From assembly GCA_024704765.1 (NCBI GenBank), contig JAKMXF010000328.1:62001-126000 (forward strand): a stretch of DNA of 64,000 nt, given 5' to 3'. A model generated the notes under the pieces. That model saw only the letters and a list, made by a program, of their open reading frames with translations, did not search any database and was not told the origin of the DNA. The DNA comes from Oopsacas minuta. Taxonomy: Eukaryota > Animalia > Porifera. A program made the position numbers and the translations under genes. Positions 63,295 through 64,000 of this stretch are shown here, piece after piece. Numbering within the stretch: the first letter of the stretch is position 1; each line of letters opens with the position of its first letter.

Positions 63295-64000
63295 GTTGGT
63301 TCCATATCTTCTTATCCATCTATTACTTAGTCATTGTATATGTAGCCCATTTTCACAATTTTGATTATTTTCATGTTCACAATCTTCATTAACCACTTAT
63401 CAACAAAATTCCTTTCTGAATGAAGAGGAGCTGGTAGGATCAATTTTATATTTTTATCTTTAATAGTGTCCTAAAATTTTGGAAATTTGAAAATTTGTAT
63501 TGGTACTATTCATATTTCGAATTTCCAATCATAGGAGGGGGTCATGGTTAAGATTGTCGTTCAATGTGTTCTAAGTTGTCACCAAATTCAATTTGTCCAC
63601 AGGTAAATCTATTCAATTGAACATTATTCCTATATTCGAGATTATGCATAACTTCTTCTACATACTTTACTCCTTATAGACTTTCTATTTCGTCATAAAC
63701 CGCTGATTCTAACTCCTCATTGCTTGAAATGATCTCCCATTAATGTTTAGGGAACAGCTATTACTCATAGTGAGCTATGTAGATAGAATATTGCAGCTGT
63801 GGTAGAGTAGAGGTTCTATTCTCTTTAGCATTCTCTCTTGTCAGTACTTGTGTGTGTTCTGGTGCATTATCATTGTGTAATTTCATTCCTTAATGTCGGT
63901 TTTAGGATGCTGAGTTTAATCTCTTCGAATGAAACCTTAAGACATACTTCTCACTTCTGTTACCGTTTACCTGTTACTAATAGGCCAAATTTCAGTCTGA

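Noticed and set aside
63300-64000. Coronin exon 3
   Set aside because: No AG-preceded frame encoding the expected continuation (xALWD...) was found; it probably lies outside the window.

Overview
AT-rich eukaryotic (probably invertebrate animal; species not determinable here) window dominated by DNA transposons, many nested. The only recognisable host gene is a coronin whose first two coding exons (42875-43273, 62965-63294) are separated by an inferred 19.7-kb intron full of transposons. Main result: two divergent, complete RAG1-like (Transib/RAG1L-type) transposons (A 3741-6970, B 23410-26411). Each has exact RSS-heptamer termini (CACAGTG), a perfect 5-bp TSD and no RAG2 partner. Both share the same asymmetric bipartite TIR: heptamer + 7-bp spacer + 13-bp motif at the 5' end, and heptamer + 16-bp spacer + the same motif at the 3' end, a 7/16 analogue of the 12/23 rule. 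Also present: Chapaev3, hAT, Tc1/mariner (DD37E, DD37D), MULE, probable Academ, Helitron and NOF-like remnants, two long-arm foldback elements and several MITEs. Family assignments come from remembered motifs, not database searches.
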